Origin: Aureicoccus marinus
GTDB lineage: Bacteria > Bacteroidota > Bacteroidia > Flavobacteriales > Flavobacteriaceae
DNA length: 64,000 nt
Direction of reading: 5' to 3'
NCBI RefSeq assembly: GCF_002954325.1
Contig: NZ_MQVX01000001.1
Location: forward strand, 251,546-315,545
In this document: in pieces, positions 48,303 through 59,029 of the stretch
How positions within the stretch are numbered: position 1 is the first letter of the stretch
Layout: every line of letters starts with the position of its first letter
Notes under the pieces: model-generated
What the model was told of the DNA's origin: nothing
Databases searched by the model: none
The model's input: only the letters and a program-made list of their open reading frames with translations
Program-made: the position numbers and the translations under genes

Positions 48303-49730
48303 ATGAGCAAAAAACACAGCACTCTTCTTCTCTTTAGCTTCTTTTACATATGGGTAAATGCCCAACAATTCACCATTAAGCCAGGTGAGGTCTACGATTC
48401 TATTCCCGTGGTAGGTGCCGGAGAAAGCTACTCCATCTTTCTGCCCAAGGGATTCAAACAGCAGGGCAAATGGCCCATCCTTCTGGTCTACAATCTTCAG
48501 GGTAAATCAACAGATCAATTGCGTAAGCTCACCAAACTGGCGGATCGAGAAGGATATATGCTCGCTGCCAGTCATCAAGTCAGTGATAGCTTGAGTATTA
48601 CGGATAATGTATTGGTAACCGGTCGGATGATTGAGTCCATCAAGGCCCTTTTTCCTATTCATCTCGGACGAGTCTACACCTACGGACGAGGAATTAATGC
48701 CCGCTTTGCTAATCTGGTTCCGGTTTTGCTGAAAGATGTGGAGGGGGTGATATCAGATGGGGCCGGACTGGCCAATCAGCAATTGATCAGCACCAAGAAT
48801 TCTTTCCACTTTGTCGGTATCATCAAACCCACAGACTTTAGCTATCCGATCATGACCTTGGATGTAGAACTTCTGAACCGACTTAAGTTCAGAAATCAAC
48901 TTCTGCTGGAAGAAATTGTGGATTCTGTGGATCAGGAGAAAGAACACGAAGCCACCCTAGGACGGGCTTTGCGCATGCTTACACTGGCTTCTATGAGGGA
49001 CCAGTACACTCCCCGAGATACCGCCTATATCAATCAATCCTTTGTGGAGGCTAATGGGCAGGTCCAGCGTCTGTACGCCAAAGGAAAGGCTCAGAGAGCT
49101 TTGCAGTGGATTGCGGCCTGGAAGGTGTCTTTCACCGGTTTGAATAAAAATCAGGATTGGTCAGAGCAGGAAAAAGAATGGAAAAAGAGCAAATTATTCC
49201 GCTCCCAAAAGCGCGAAGAGCAGGGAGCTTTCTTTAAAGAAGAAATACTCAAGGAGGATTATATCTACTACCTGCAGGAAGACATGGAGGTCACCAATTT
49301 CAATAACCTGGGTTGGTGGAATTCGCAATTGGCCGATATTGCCGAATTTCTGAAAAGTAGTAATGTACGCGAACAGGAAATGGGTTATCGTTTAAAGAGC
49401 TTTGTGAATGCCCTGCTGGACGATAACCTGGAACTTATGGAGACTGAAAAGAATGCCAAAGAGTTTGACGAAACCCTCTATCTGTGGATGCTAAAAACCT
49501 TGACCTTGCCGGATAGTCCAATAGCCTACCTGAAGGTAGCTTCTCTGAGTTCGTACCGTGAAGACTATGGAACGGCTTTATTTTATTTGGAAGAACTACT
49601 TAAAACGGGCTATGAAGACCGGGCGAGCTTATACCAGCTGGAGGACACGGCGCTGTTGCGTATTACGCCTGAATTCAATGCTCTAATCGATCGATATTTT
49701 GACAAAGGTTCCCGTTATCAGCCAAAATAA
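48303..49730 (+). CDS. Hypothetical secreted protein (475 aa)
   Basis: Signal peptide (LLLFSFFYIWVNAQ). No motif recognised. Confidence 0.55.
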   Translation: MSKKHSTLLLFSFFYIWVNAQQFTIKPGEVYDSIPVVGAGESYSIFLPKGFKQQGKWPILLVYNLQGKSTDQLRKLTKLADREGYMLAASHQVSDSLSITDNVLVTGRMIESIKALFPIHLGRVYTYGRGINARFANLVPVLLKDVEGVISDGAGLANQQLISTKNSFHFVGIIKPTDFSYPIMTLDVELLNRLKFRNQLLLEEIVDSVDQEKEHEATLGRALRMLTLASMRDQYTPRDTAYINQSFVEANGQVQRLYAKGKAQRALQWIAAWKVSFTGLNKNQDWSEQEKEWKKSKLFRSQKREEQGAFFKEEILKEDYIYYLQEDMEVTNFNNLGWWNSQLADIAEFLKSSNVREQEMGYRLKSFVNALLDDNLELMETEKNAKEFDETLYLWMLKTLTLPDSPIAYLKVASLSSYREDYGTALFYLEELLKTGYEDRASLYQLEDTALLRITPEFNALIDRYFDKGSRYQPK

Positions 49731-50382
49731 AAAAGTCTTACTGCCCGCGGCTTTGCTTGTGGCGGTTTTGCTCCTTAGCGGATGTCAAGAAAAGAAGTAC
49801 CTGGATAAACGCGAAGAAGGTGCAATCACGCCGGAATTAAAAGAAGCGTATTATTTCCAAGCCGACTTGAACCGCCAATTCAGCGATCCTAAAGATTCGC
49901 CCCTAAAAAAGAAAGATCTCAAAAGGTTTGAAGAGCTTTCGTTCTTTCCGCTCAATGCGGCTTATCGGGTCAAAGCTCAGTTTTCGCGCAGTGCCGACAG
50001 CACACCTTTTTGGATGCCCACAACCACCGGTCGCAAATCTAGAGAGCGCATTTACGGCATACTGCAATTTGAACTTGACGGACAACAGCATCAGCTACAA
50101 GTGTACCAAGAAATTGATACGGCTGGTCAGGCCAGTCAAGGCGACCTTCTTTTTTTGCCTTTTGGGGACGATACCAATGGGCAGGATAGTTACCCTGGGG
50201 GACGATATTTGGACCTGAGTATACCTCAAGGGGAGGACGTCCTGCTGGATTTCAATCAAGCTTACAACCCCTATTGCGCATACAATGCCAAATACTCTTG
50301 CCCCTTGTTGCCTGCACAGAACAGACTTTCGATTGAGATTCCAGCAGGTGTCAAATACCCCGAGCCCTGGCAGCATAAATAG
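49699..50382 (+). CDS. DUF1684 family lipoprotein
   Basis: Lipoprotein signal (LLLSGCQ). Conserved C-terminal YNPYCAYN..CP..P motif typical of DUF1684. Confidence 0.65.
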   Translation: MTKVPVISQNKKVLLPAALLVAVLLLSGCQEKKYLDKREEGAITPELKEAYYFQADLNRQFSDPKDSPLKKKDLKRFEELSFFPLNAAYRVKAQFSRSADSTPFWMPTTTGRKSRERIYGILQFELDGQQHQLQVYQEIDTAGQASQGDLLFLPFGDDTNGQDSYPGGRYLDLSIPQGEDVLLDFNQAYNPYCAYNAKYSCPLLPAQNRLSIEIPAGVKYPEPWQHK

Positions 50383-50392
50383 ATAACAAAAA

Positions 50393-50419
50393 GCCCACTC
50401 TTTCAAGTGGACTTTTTTC
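50393..50419 (+). terminator. Weak rho-independent terminator
   Basis: CCACT-ctttcaa-AGTGG followed by ACTTTTTTC. Confidence 0.35.
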
Positions 50420-50468
50420 ACTAGTAAACCCTAAAGAATAATTATCATGGTTGGCTTTCGTCCTTTGA

Positions 50469-51218
50469 TTATAAGGATAGGAAGAAAGATAATTTATAAA
50501 AGTCGTTAGGAGCAAAACGGCTGTCTTCGTCCGCTAGATTTCCTCCGAAAGAAAAGCGAAGTCCGGCATTTCCTTTTTGAAACTGGATGTATGGTCCTAG
50601 CCAAACATAGCCATCTACACGATCGAGCTCACCTCCGCCATTAACTTCTCCACCAGAGAGGTACAATTCTTCGAAGTGACCTCCTACAGAGAAGAAATCA
50701 GAGACTTTGTACCCCAAGTTCAGCCAGTAGTGGATGTAGTTGTTTGTTGCATTTCCGGCTGCAGTTTCATCACTCAAGGCTGCATAGTATCCGAAGTATG
50801 CCTGACCTTCGAGTTCTTCCGTACCCAGGTTAACGGTTAGGTTAGGAACGATACCATCCCCAATAACACCCGGTTGAGCTGCTCCACTGGACAAGAGGCT
50901 ACCCATGGTAAAACCCAATTGAGGGTTAATATCGAAGGCTCCTATTGTTTTGTTGTATCCAATACCGAATTCTGTCCACTGACCCCAGGCAGATCCTGTT
51001 CCAGCGCCCCACTGAATACCATAAAAAGTCAAAGCCTCGGTTTCGTTCAGCGAATAAGACACAGCCATCATCGGGTTAAAGCCGAAAAAGGCATCGTGGT
51101 TGAGGCTAAGCCCCACGCCTACTTTATCGTCAATACCGACTTCTTCTTGTGCGAAACTCTTGCCTGTAATTGCCAATGTGCCTAAAAGGGAGAGCAGGAT
51201 TATTTTTTTCTTCAACAT
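50469..51218 (-). CDS. Outer-membrane beta-barrel (porin-like) protein, immediately upstream of amtB-glnK
   Basis: Signal peptide. Alternating hydrophobic beta-strand pattern with Gly/aromatic richness. Ends in ...FFLSL. Confidence 0.55.
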   Translation of the reverse strand: MLKKKIILLSLLGTLAITGKSFAQEEVGIDDKVGVGLSLNHDAFFGFNPMMAVSYSLNETEALTFYGIQWGAGTGSAWGQWTEFGIGYNKTIGAFDINPQLGFTMGSLLSSGAAQPGVIGDGIVPNLTVNLGTEELEGQAYFGYYAALSDETAAGNATNNYIHYWLNLGYKVSDFFSVGGHFEELYLSGGEVNGGGELDRVDGYVWLGPYIQFQKGNAGLRFSFGGNLADEDSRFAPNDFYKLSFFLSL

Positions 51219-51506
51219 AATTTCTAAGATTTAAAAAGGATTAATAATTGGTTATAATTCCCATTATATCAGCCCTTTACTGATATTTTCAAGCCTGAGG
51301 TCTTGCAATGGAAAGTTCTTTTTGTAGAGGACCACTGGTGTTCCGTGAAGAAGGTGCCTTTCTAAGTCTTTTTTTGTTACTTTGAAGAACGATACCTGTT
51401 ATCATAATACACGGATTAAACACCTTTTTAAAGGTCTTGATCTACCTGAATGTGTTAAGTAATAAGGTTCTAAAACGGAGTGTTCTGCCAAACGCTCCGT
51501 TTATTT

Positions 51507-52763
51507 TTAGTGCTGATTCATACGGAAATCCGCATAAGCATCCATTCCGTGTTCGTGGATGTCCAGCCCTTCTAATTCTTCTTGCTCGCTTACACGAATT
51601 CCAACTGTTTTCTTGAGTGTAAACAAGATGCCAAAGGCAGTGAGGGTGCAAAAGGTAGCTACCGCTCCTGCGCCTGCCAACTGAACCAGAAACTGATCTA
51701 CACTCGCTTTGGATCCAAATAGCCCCACTGCCAGGGTTCCCCAAATTCCGCAAACAAGGTGAACTGCAATAGCTCCAACTGGATCGTCGAGTTTGAGTTT
51801 GTCGATGAGTGCCACCCCAAGAACGATAATTAACCCAGCCAGAAAGCCAATCATTACGGCTTCGTTAGGACTCATCAAATCCGCACCTGCGGTAATGCCC
51901 ACGAGCCCGCCGAGAATTCCATTGAGAAACATGGTTAGATCGTATTGTTTGTACATGATCGTAGAGAGTAAAAAGGCACTAACTCCGCCGGCTGCTGCGG
52001 CCAAAGAAGTGGTGACAAGCACCAAAGAGGTGCCTGCTGGGTCTGCTGACAAGACCGAGCCTCCATTGAAACCAAACCACCCCAACCAGAGAATAAGAAC
52101 CCCTGCGGCCGCAAGAGGTAAGTTGTGTCCAGGAATAGCCTGGGGCTTGCCGTCTGCACTGAATTTACCAATTCGAGGACCTAAGAGGAAGACTGCGATT
52201 AGTGCCGCCCAACCTCCTACAGAGTGAACCAAAGTGGAACCGGCAAAATCGTAAAAACCGGCTGATTCACCATAGCTCATGGTAGACAGAAAACCTTTAC
52301 CCCATTGCCAGGATCCAACAATTGGGTAAACAAGACCTACATAAATCAAGGTAAAGATCATAAAGGCCCCCAGTTTGATGCGCTCGGCTACAGCACCGGA
52401 AACAATGGTCGCTGCCGTAGCGGCAAACATCCCTTGGAATAAAAAGTCGGTCCACCAGGTGTATCCTCCCTCTGCATAGTCGGGAGTCATTCCGTTTTCA
52501 GGGGCCGAAATACCCCAACCGGCAAACTTAAAGAAGCCAGCGTCCCCGGTTTCAAATCCTGGATACATCAGGTTAAATCCTCCAATATAATACACAAGAA
52601 GGCCAACGCAGATTATAAATACATTTTTGAAAAGAATATTGACGGTATTCTTTTGGCGTGTCAAACCGATTTCCAAAAAGGAGAAACCGAGGTGCATAAA
52701 GAAAACCAGTCCTGTACAGACCATCATCCATACATTGTTCACCGTAAAAAGTCCTGTTTCCAT
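51507..52763 (-). CDS. amtB: Ammonium transporter
   Basis: 11-TM Amt/MEP family with conserved twin-His region motifs. Confidence 0.9.
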   Translation of the reverse strand: METGLFTVNNVWMMVCTGLVFFMHLGFSFLEIGLTRQKNTVNILFKNVFIICVGLLVYYIGGFNLMYPGFETGDAGFFKFAGWGISAPENGMTPDYAEGGYTWWTDFLFQGMFAATAATIVSGAVAERIKLGAFMIFTLIYVGLVYPIVGSWQWGKGFLSTMSYGESAGFYDFAGSTLVHSVGGWAALIAVFLLGPRIGKFSADGKPQAIPGHNLPLAAAGVLILWLGWFGFNGGSVLSADPAGTSLVLVTTSLAAAAGGVSAFLLSTIMYKQYDLTMFLNGILGGLVGITAGADLMSPNEAVMIGFLAGLIIVLGVALIDKLKLDDPVGAIAVHLVCGIWGTLAVGLFGSKASVDQFLVQLAGAGAVATFCTLTAFGILFTLKKTVGIRVSEQEELEGLDIHEHGMDAYADFRMNQH

Positions 52764-52782
52764 CTTCGTTCTTGATTAGTGA

Positions 52783-53121
52783 TTAGTTAATGCCCGCTTT
52801 ACCGTTTTCACGGGTTCGGATGCGATAGGCCTCTTGGATTTCGGAGACGAAAATCTTTCCGTCCCCCACATTTCCGGTAACCGCGGAATCGAGTATAGCT
52901 TCCACGGTTCGGTCCAGAAATTCATCAGAAACGACAATTGAGAGGTAACGGCGTTGGATATCGGAAGTACTGTAGGTGATTCCACGGTAGACGTGGCCTT
53001 GGGTCTCGTTTCCAACTCCTGTTACGTCCCAGTAACTGAAGAAGTTCACCTCGATGTTGTGAAGGGCTTTTTTCACATCATCGAATTTCGATTTACGAAT
53101 GATCGCTTCAACTTTTTTCAT
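52783..53121 (-). CDS. glnK: Nitrogen regulatory protein P-II
   Basis: 112 aa. P-II fold motifs (MKKVEAIIR; T-loop GxxYRG region VYRGITYS). Encoded immediately upstream of amtB. Confidence 0.9.
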   Translation of the reverse strand: MKKVEAIIRKSKFDDVKKALHNIEVNFFSYWDVTGVGNETQGHVYRGITYSTSDIQRRYLSIVVSDEFLDRTVEAILDSAVTGNVGDGKIFVSEIQEAYRIRTRENGKAGIN

Positions 53122-53143
53122 AATTATTCCTTGATGGTTTCGC

Positions 53144-53151
53144 CAAATATA
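53144..53151 (-). promoter_or_regulatory. Candidate Bacteroidota -7 promoter element (TATATTTG, matching TAnnTTTG) about 23 nt upstream of the glnK ATG
   Basis: Minus-strand sequence ctttaTATATTTGgcgaaaccatcaaggaataattATG. Confidence 0.25.
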
Positions 53152-53358
53152 AAGGCGGGATTTCTCGATAACCTAAAGAATTGAAGCTTTGCAGATTATT
53201 TTTCTCAAATCCCAAATGGGAAAACCTTTTGGTTAAGGAATCATTAAAATATTTGGAGAAAAATTATCAGGAGGCTGATAAAAATGCAGAGGGTAATCTA
53301 AATGCTTAAATGAATTACAACGTTTTCGTAAAAAAGCTGGTAATTATACAATGAGGAA

Positions 53359-53727
53359 TTAGCGGTTACTCAGGGCAAATCCGAGCCATAGAAAGAGGTA
53401 GCCAGTGGCAATACTGAGCCCGAGATAGGCCAGAAAAGGCAGCCAAGCTCCCTCACGGAGGAGTTGGTGTTTTTCGAGTACAAAGGTGGAAAAAGTGGTA
53501 AAACCTCCGCAAAAGCCAGTGGCAAATAAAAGGGAGTATTCAGGTGGAAAATTAGAGTTTCTAAGACTGTAGCCAGTCAGAAGGCCAAGAATCAAACAGC
53601 CCAAAATATTCACAGAGAAGGTTCCCCAGAAAAAAGAAGTAGAGAGAGTATTGAGGTGCTTCGAAAGAAGGAATCTCAAAAGACTCCCCAGACCTCCGCC
53701 CACAAAAACAAGTAGTGCTTGCTTCAC
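53359..53727 (-). CDS. crcB: Fluoride ion channel CrcB/FluC
   Basis: 122 aa, 4 TM helices, LLVFVGGGLGSLLR and FPxGTFxxN-like motifs. GTG start. Confidence 0.85.
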   Translation of the reverse strand: MKQALLVFVGGGLGSLLRFLLSKHLNTLSTSFFWGTFSVNILGCLILGLLTGYSLRNSNFPPEYSLLFATGFCGGFTTFSTFVLEKHQLLREGAWLPFLAYLGLSIATGYLFLWLGFALSNR

Positions 53728-54032
53728 GGGTCAAATGTAGGAATTAGATGGCTTTCTTGTACTCGGTGGGTGCGTACTTCTGATCGAAAAGGCGCAGGAT
53801 TGGTGTTTCAGAAATACGTCTAAGTGGACGCTTGAACATATCCAGGGCACCATTAACGCTAAAGATAAGCAGGAGGCATTGATGCCGAGTAGGACCATTA
53901 GGATGTAGAGAAATGTTGTCATGTTTTTGTTGATATGCACATACAAAATTACTCCTTTTCCCTTCTCAGCCGCGGGATGACCGGGAATATGTTGCGAAAT
54001 GCAAGATTCTTGTTGTGAAGTGTAAAATCCTG

Positions 54033-54257
54033 TTAATTCTTCAATATAAACTTGACAGAAAATAGGAATATCACAAAGATGATGAAGCCGATAAGCACCT
54101 TCCAGCTCCCCGGATAGTTTTTTGTGTGCAGGGCCTTGTCTTTTGAATACGAGAAGTAGATCAAACTGGCGAAGCCTAGAAAGAAAAGTCCTGCAAAGAC
54201 GAGTTGACCAGTAGTGAACATAGGCTTAAGAAGTAACGACTTGTTCCCTCCAGCCAT
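54033..54257 (-). CDS. Possible small membrane protein (74 aa)
   Basis: Two hydrophobic helices. Overlaps the 3' end of ilvE by about 30 bp. Weak. Confidence 0.25.
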   Translation of the reverse strand: MAGGNKSLLLKPMFTTGQLVFAGLFFLGFASLIYFSYSKDKALHTKNYPGSWKVLIGFIIFVIFLFSVKFILKN

Positions 54258-55296
54258 GCGGATCCTCGCTGCGGTTGTACTGGATGTTCATCAACTGATT
54301 TTTAAGGCGTAGAGCATAGGAGTCTTTACTGAGTTCTGGAAGTTCGTAGCGTTTGCCTTCATAACTAAATCCGCTGATCGGACTGACCACTGCGGCAGTT
54401 CCCGCTCCAAAAAGTTCAGTCATTTCGCCACTGGCTATTCCTTTAACGAGCTCGCTAACGGCAATAGGACGAACTTCGGTTTTAATACCCATGTCCTCTG
54501 CCATTTGAAGTAGGCTCTTACGGGTAACTCCGTCCAGGATTCTATCGCTAACAGGGCAAGTGACCAAGGTATCCTTAAGTCGAACAAAGATGTTCATGGT
54601 TCCTGCTTCCTCGATGTATTTGTGTTCTGTAGCATCTGTCCAGACCACTTGCTGAAATCCTTCCTGCTTGGCTAATTGGGTTGGGTAAAACTGTCCGGCA
54701 TAATTTCCAGCGGCTTTGGCGTAACCAAATCCTCCGTTGGCCGCACGACTATAATGCTCTTCGATTTTTACGGAAACAGAACCTGTGAAATAAGACTGTG
54801 CAGGTGCACAGATGATCATAAAGGTGAACTCTTCTGCCGCAGAAGCAATGATCCCCGCCTGGGAGGCAATCATAAAGGGTCTTACATACAAGGTGTTCCC
54901 AATACCGGGCTTGATCCACTCTTGATCCAGACGTAATAATTCGTGGAGTCCCTCAAAGAAGTATTCCTTTGGAAGAGGAGGCATCGCCATGCGTTCAGCC
55001 GACTTATTGATGCGCTCGTAGTTTTGATCGGGTCGAAAAAGCCAAACTCCACCTTCGTCATCCTTGTAGGCCTTCATTCCTTCAAAAATGGCCTGACCGT
55101 AATGGAAAACACGGGCAGAAGGTGCGATCTGAAGGGGTTGGTACGGTTGGATTCTCGGGTTCGACCAAGCTCCGTTTTTGTAGTCACAGATGAACATGTG
55201 ATCCGTGAAAATTTCCCCAAATGGCAATTTGTCAAAATTGACTTGATCTATTTTGCTGCTTTCACACTTAGTGATCTGAAGGGTGGTTGTCTGCAC
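54226..55296 (-). CDS. ilvE: Branched-chain amino acid aminotransferase (PLP fold type IV)
   Basis: Class IV aminotransferase layout, 356 aa, with conserved EGMKAY and GAGTAAVVSP-type motifs. Confidence 0.85.
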   Translation of the reverse strand: MQTTTLQITKCESSKIDQVNFDKLPFGEIFTDHMFICDYKNGAWSNPRIQPYQPLQIAPSARVFHYGQAIFEGMKAYKDDEGGVWLFRPDQNYERINKSAERMAMPPLPKEYFFEGLHELLRLDQEWIKPGIGNTLYVRPFMIASQAGIIASAAEEFTFMIICAPAQSYFTGSVSVKIEEHYSRAANGGFGYAKAAGNYAGQFYPTQLAKQEGFQQVVWTDATEHKYIEEAGTMNIFVRLKDTLVTCPVSDRILDGVTRKSLLQMAEDMGIKTEVRPIAVSELVKGIASGEMTELFGAGTAAVVSPISGFSYEGKRYELPELSKDSYALRLKNQLMNIQYNRSEDPHGWREQVVTS

Positions 55297-55452
55297 AGAA
55301 GTTTATTTTTTTCAAAAATAAGCAAAAAAAATCCATTTTAGGCCATCATAATTACACTATTTATTGAATAAGAACAGATTTACTGACAATACTGTAATTT
55401 CTCTTCGACTTCCATGGAAGCTTGCTACCTAAGGCTATAAAGGTACCTATTT

Positions 55453-56133
55453 TTGCAGCATAAAGGCATGGAGAAAAAGATTGTACAAACCGCCGATGGC
55501 AGTAAAACCATTGCTATTCCGAAGTGGAACGAATCCTACCATTCCAAGCATGGGGCTTGGCAGGAATCTCAACATGTATTTATTCAAATGGGTCTTGCTT
55601 ATACAGGGCTTTCAAGTCTCTCGATTTTTGAAATGGGGTTTGGAACGGGTTTGAATGCCATACAGGCTCTTCTCTATGCCGAAAAACACCAGATCAATAT
55701 TGATTACCACACCCTAGAGGCCTATCCTTTGGAAGAGGAATTGTGGCAACAAATGGACTATGAAGACTTCTTGCCCAGCCGTCTCATGAAGGACTTTTTT
55801 GGACGAATGCACCGGGTAGAGCCGGAGCAGAGCATCCGCTTAGCCGACTTTTTTAGGTTTACCAAGTACCACGCCGATATTCACGAATTTTTACCGCCAA
55901 CAAATCCCGACCTGGTCTTTTATGATGCCTTTGGCCCTCGGGTACAGCCTGACTTGTGGACCTCGACCATTTTTGAGCGCCTACACAGCATGATGTCGCC
56001 AGGAGCGATTTTGACAACCTATTGCGCCAAAGGCGAAGTTCGAAGAACCTTCCAATCTCTTGGTATGGAGGTAGAACGCCTACCTGGCCCTCCCGGAAAA
56101 CGGGAGATGCTGAGGGCGACCAAGGCCAAATAG
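55453..56133 (+). CDS. mnmD: tRNA 5-methylaminomethyl-2-thiouridine biosynthesis methyltransferase MnmD-like (MnmC C-terminal-domain family)
   Basis: SAM-binding motif EMGFGTGLN and the family-typical FYDAFGP motif. Confidence 0.65.
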   Translation: MQHKGMEKKIVQTADGSKTIAIPKWNESYHSKHGAWQESQHVFIQMGLAYTGLSSLSIFEMGFGTGLNAIQALLYAEKHQINIDYHTLEAYPLEEELWQQMDYEDFLPSRLMKDFFGRMHRVEPEQSIRLADFFRFTKYHADIHEFLPPTNPDLVFYDAFGPRVQPDLWTSTIFERLHSMMSPGAILTTYCAKGEVRRTFQSLGMEVERLPGPPGKREMLRATKAK

Positions 56134-56170
56134 CCCCCTCGATTTAGTTTTATCTTTGCATAAAAACGGC

Positions 56171-57082
56171 ATGAAGGTATTGATTACAGGAGCGACCGGG
56201 CTCGTGGGTACTGCGCTCAGAAAACACTACGAGGAGAAAGGAATAGAAGTGCATTACCTCACCACCTCAAACAAGAAGATCGGGCAGGGCTATGGATCTG
56301 GATTTTTGTGGAATCCGCGCAAAAAAGAAATGGATCTTCAGGCATTTGAAGGTGTGACTCACCTGGTAAATCTGGCAGGGGCCTCTATAGCCCAGCGCTG
56401 GACCTCGAAGAACCGCAAGAGTATCCTCAATAGTCGCATAGACAGTCTTTCTACTTTAAATGAGGCTCTGAAGCAGCTGAATTCAAACAAAATCGAGCAT
56501 TTCTTAACTGCTTCGGCCATTGGGATTTATCCGAATTCGTACAGCACGGAATACCGAGAAGAACACGCCGGAGTGGACAACAGTTTTTTAGGAGAAGTGG
56601 TGGAAGCATGGGAAAAAGCGGTGCAACCCTTTGATGCACATGCCTTCCCGGTTTCTATTCTGAGAATCGGGATTGTGCTGGATGCAGAGGAAGGAGCTTT
56701 GCCCAAGTTGGTTCAGCCCATCGTTTCTGGTGTAGGAGCTCCCTTAGGAAGTGGCCGTCAATGGCAATCCTGGATCCATATCCAAGATCTGGTTGGCATC
56801 ATTATCCATGCCCAAAAGCATACACTGTCAGGAGTATACAATGGGGTAGCTCCCCAGCCTGTTCGCCAAAAAGAACTGACTAGAGCCGTGGCCAAGAGCC
56901 TGGGTAAAAAAATCTGGCTACCTCCTGTGCCTTCCTTCGTATTGCGGCTCATGCTTGGCGAAATGGCCTATATCGCCTTGGCCAGTCAGCGAGTGAGTGC
57001 CGAAAAAATACTGCAGACCGGATACGCTTTTACCTTTGATAAGGTGCAGCCCGCCTTGGACTCTCTCTTGCCCAAGAACTAA
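56171..57082 (+). CDS. Epimerase-family NAD(P)-binding protein (TIGR01777 / SDR39U1-like with DUF1731 C-terminus)
   Basis: Rossmann motif MKVLITGATGLVGTAL. About 300 aa. Confidence 0.7.
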   Translation: MKVLITGATGLVGTALRKHYEEKGIEVHYLTTSNKKIGQGYGSGFLWNPRKKEMDLQAFEGVTHLVNLAGASIAQRWTSKNRKSILNSRIDSLSTLNEALKQLNSNKIEHFLTASAIGIYPNSYSTEYREEHAGVDNSFLGEVVEAWEKAVQPFDAHAFPVSILRIGIVLDAEEGALPKLVQPIVSGVGAPLGSGRQWQSWIHIQDLVGIIIHAQKHTLSGVYNGVAPQPVRQKELTRAVAKSLGKKIWLPPVPSFVLRLMLGEMAYIALASQRVSAEKILQTGYAFTFDKVQPALDSLLPKN

Positions 57083-57166
57083 GCGAAAATGACATTTTGA
57101 CATTTTACGACAATTGGCAGTACTTTTGCCCCTTCATCATTCGAATTGCATAAGCATTGACATCAC

Positions 57167-57724
57167 ATGAAAGAAACCGAGCATAATAAAGAAGAGCTTA
57201 AGGACCAAGAGTTGAACCAGGAAAGCCCGCAGAACGAAGCGGAGGAAGTGGAAGAAACGGCTCCTGTGGAGGAAGATCCGGTAGCAAAATTAGAGGGAGA
57301 GCTGGCTCAGGAAAAGGACAAGTTCTTGCGTTTGTTTGCAGAATTCGAGAATTACAAAAAGCGCACCACCAAAGAACGTCTGGAACTTTTTAAAACAGCC
57401 GGACAAGAAGTCATGGTGGCCTTATTGCCTGTCATGGATGATTTTGAGCGTGCCCTAGCCGAGATTGATCGGTCAGGGGACACTGAACTGTTGAAAGGGA
57501 TCGAGCTTATTCAAAACAAACTAAAAGAGACCCTGAAGGCAAAAGGATTGGAGCAAATGGCTGTAGGAGAAGGAGATGCCTTCGATGCAGAAATTCACGA
57601 AGCTCTAACCCAAATCCCGGCGCCGGACAAAAAGCTCAAAGGAAAAGTGCTCGACGTGGTCGAAAAGGGATATATCCTGGGCGACAAGATCATACGTCAC
57701 CCCAAGGTGGTAGTAGGTCAATAA
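57167..57724 (+). CDS. grpE: Nucleotide exchange factor GrpE
   Basis: Acidic N-terminus, coiled coil, and C-terminal GrpE domain (FENYKKRT...VMDDFERA). Confidence 0.9.
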   Translation: MKETEHNKEELKDQELNQESPQNEAEEVEETAPVEEDPVAKLEGELAQEKDKFLRLFAEFENYKKRTTKERLELFKTAGQEVMVALLPVMDDFERALAEIDRSGDTELLKGIELIQNKLKETLKAKGLEQMAVGEGDAFDAEIHEALTQIPAPDKKLKGKVLDVVEKGYILGDKIIRHPKVVVGQ

Positions 57725-57731
57725 TAGGCAA

Positions 57732-58850
57732 ATGATGAAACAGGATTTTTACGATATACTGGGGGTAAGCAAGGATGCTTCGGCAGGCGAAATCAAAAAA
57801 GCCTACCGCAAGAAGGCCCTGCAATACCACCCGGACAAAAACCCCGGTGATCAAGAAGCAGAGGCCAAGTTCAAGGAAGCGGCTGAAGCTTACGAAGTAC
57901 TGAGTGACGCCGATAAAAAGGCCCGCTACGACCGCTACGGACATGCTGCCTTTGAAGGGGGCGGCTTCGGTGGAGGTGGTATGAATATGGACGATATCTT
58001 TAGCCAATTCGGAGATATTTTCGGAAGTGCCTTTGGAGGTGGTGGTTTCGGTGGATTCGGTGGCTTTGGTGGCGGACAGCGGCGCGTCAAAGGAAGTAAC
58101 CTTCGTATTCGTGTAGGGCTGACCCTGGAAGATGTCGCTCATGGAGTAGAAAAGAAAGTCAAGGTACGCCGAAAGGTAAAGGCCGATGGGGTTACCTATA
58201 AAACCTGTCCGACCTGCCAGGGTAGTGGTCAGATGACCAAGATAACCAATACCATTTTAGGGCGAATGCAAACAGCGACCACTTGTACTTCTTGTGGTGG
58301 AGCTGGCCAAGTTATAGATCATAAACCAGCGGGAGCCGACAACCAAGGGTTGGTTGTGGAGGAAGAGACCGTCTCGATCAAGGTGCCGGCGGGAGTAGAA
58401 GAGGGCATGCAGCTCAAGGTAACCGGAAAAGGAAATGAAGCCCCCGGTGATTCCATTCCTGGGGACCTTTTGGTGGCTATCGAATTTAAGGAGCACGATA
58501 CCTTAAAAAGAGATGGTGACAACCTGCACTACGATTTGTACATCAGTTTATCGGAAGCGGTCCTCGGCGGAGCACGGGAGATCGATACCGTCGATGGCAA
58601 GGTGAGAATCAAATTGGAAGAGGGAATTCAATCCGGAAAAATCCTGCGTCTTCGAGGCAAAGGGATCAGTAGTCTCAATGGCTATGGCAAAGGAGATCTC
58701 TTGGTTCATGTGAATGTGTGGACGCCCCAAAACCTCAGTCGTGAACAGCGTGAATTTTTCGAGCGCATGCAGGAGGATGATAATTTTGAACCCAAGCCTG
58801 AAAAATCCGATAAGTCCTTTTTTGACCGAGTTCGCGATATGTTCTCCTAA
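57732..58850 (+). CDS. dnaJ: Molecular chaperone DnaJ
   Basis: J-domain with HPDKN, a G/F-rich linker, and four CxxCxGxG zinc-finger repeats. Confidence 0.9.
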   Translation: MMKQDFYDILGVSKDASAGEIKKAYRKKALQYHPDKNPGDQEAEAKFKEAAEAYEVLSDADKKARYDRYGHAAFEGGGFGGGGMNMDDIFSQFGDIFGSAFGGGGFGGFGGFGGGQRRVKGSNLRIRVGLTLEDVAHGVEKKVKVRRKVKADGVTYKTCPTCQGSGQMTKITNTILGRMQTATTCTSCGGAGQVIDHKPAGADNQGLVVEEETVSIKVPAGVEEGMQLKVTGKGNEAPGDSIPGDLLVAIEFKEHDTLKRDGDNLHYDLYISLSEAVLGGAREIDTVDGKVRIKLEEGIQSGKILRLRGKGISSLNGYGKGDLLVHVNVWTPQNLSREQREFFERMQEDDNFEPKPEKSDKSFFDRVRDMFS

Positions 58851-59029
58851 TCTTCGGAACTGATTAAAATAAAACCGTATATTTGAACTAGTATTGGTAT
58901 ACCAATATTAATTTTCTTTTTCATAGCAATTTTTTTCCCATCCTTGATCTGATTAAGGGTGGGTTTTTGTTTTTAGAGGGGGGTGGCTTCCCTTCTCGGG
59001 TTTTCTTTATATTTGGTAAATTTAGAACT

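Noticed and set aside
53728-54030. Possible fluoride riboswitch (crcB motif) upstream of crcB
   Set aside because: On the minus strand, 10 nt before the GTG start, there is CCATCTAATTCCTAC. It resembles only the 3' CUAAUGAnnCCUAC segment of the riboswitch and is 3 nt short. I found no GGCGAUGGnGUUCGCC-like 5' element or pseudoknot partner within 150 nt upstream. A single partial match is insufficient. An Rfam RF01734 scan would settle it.
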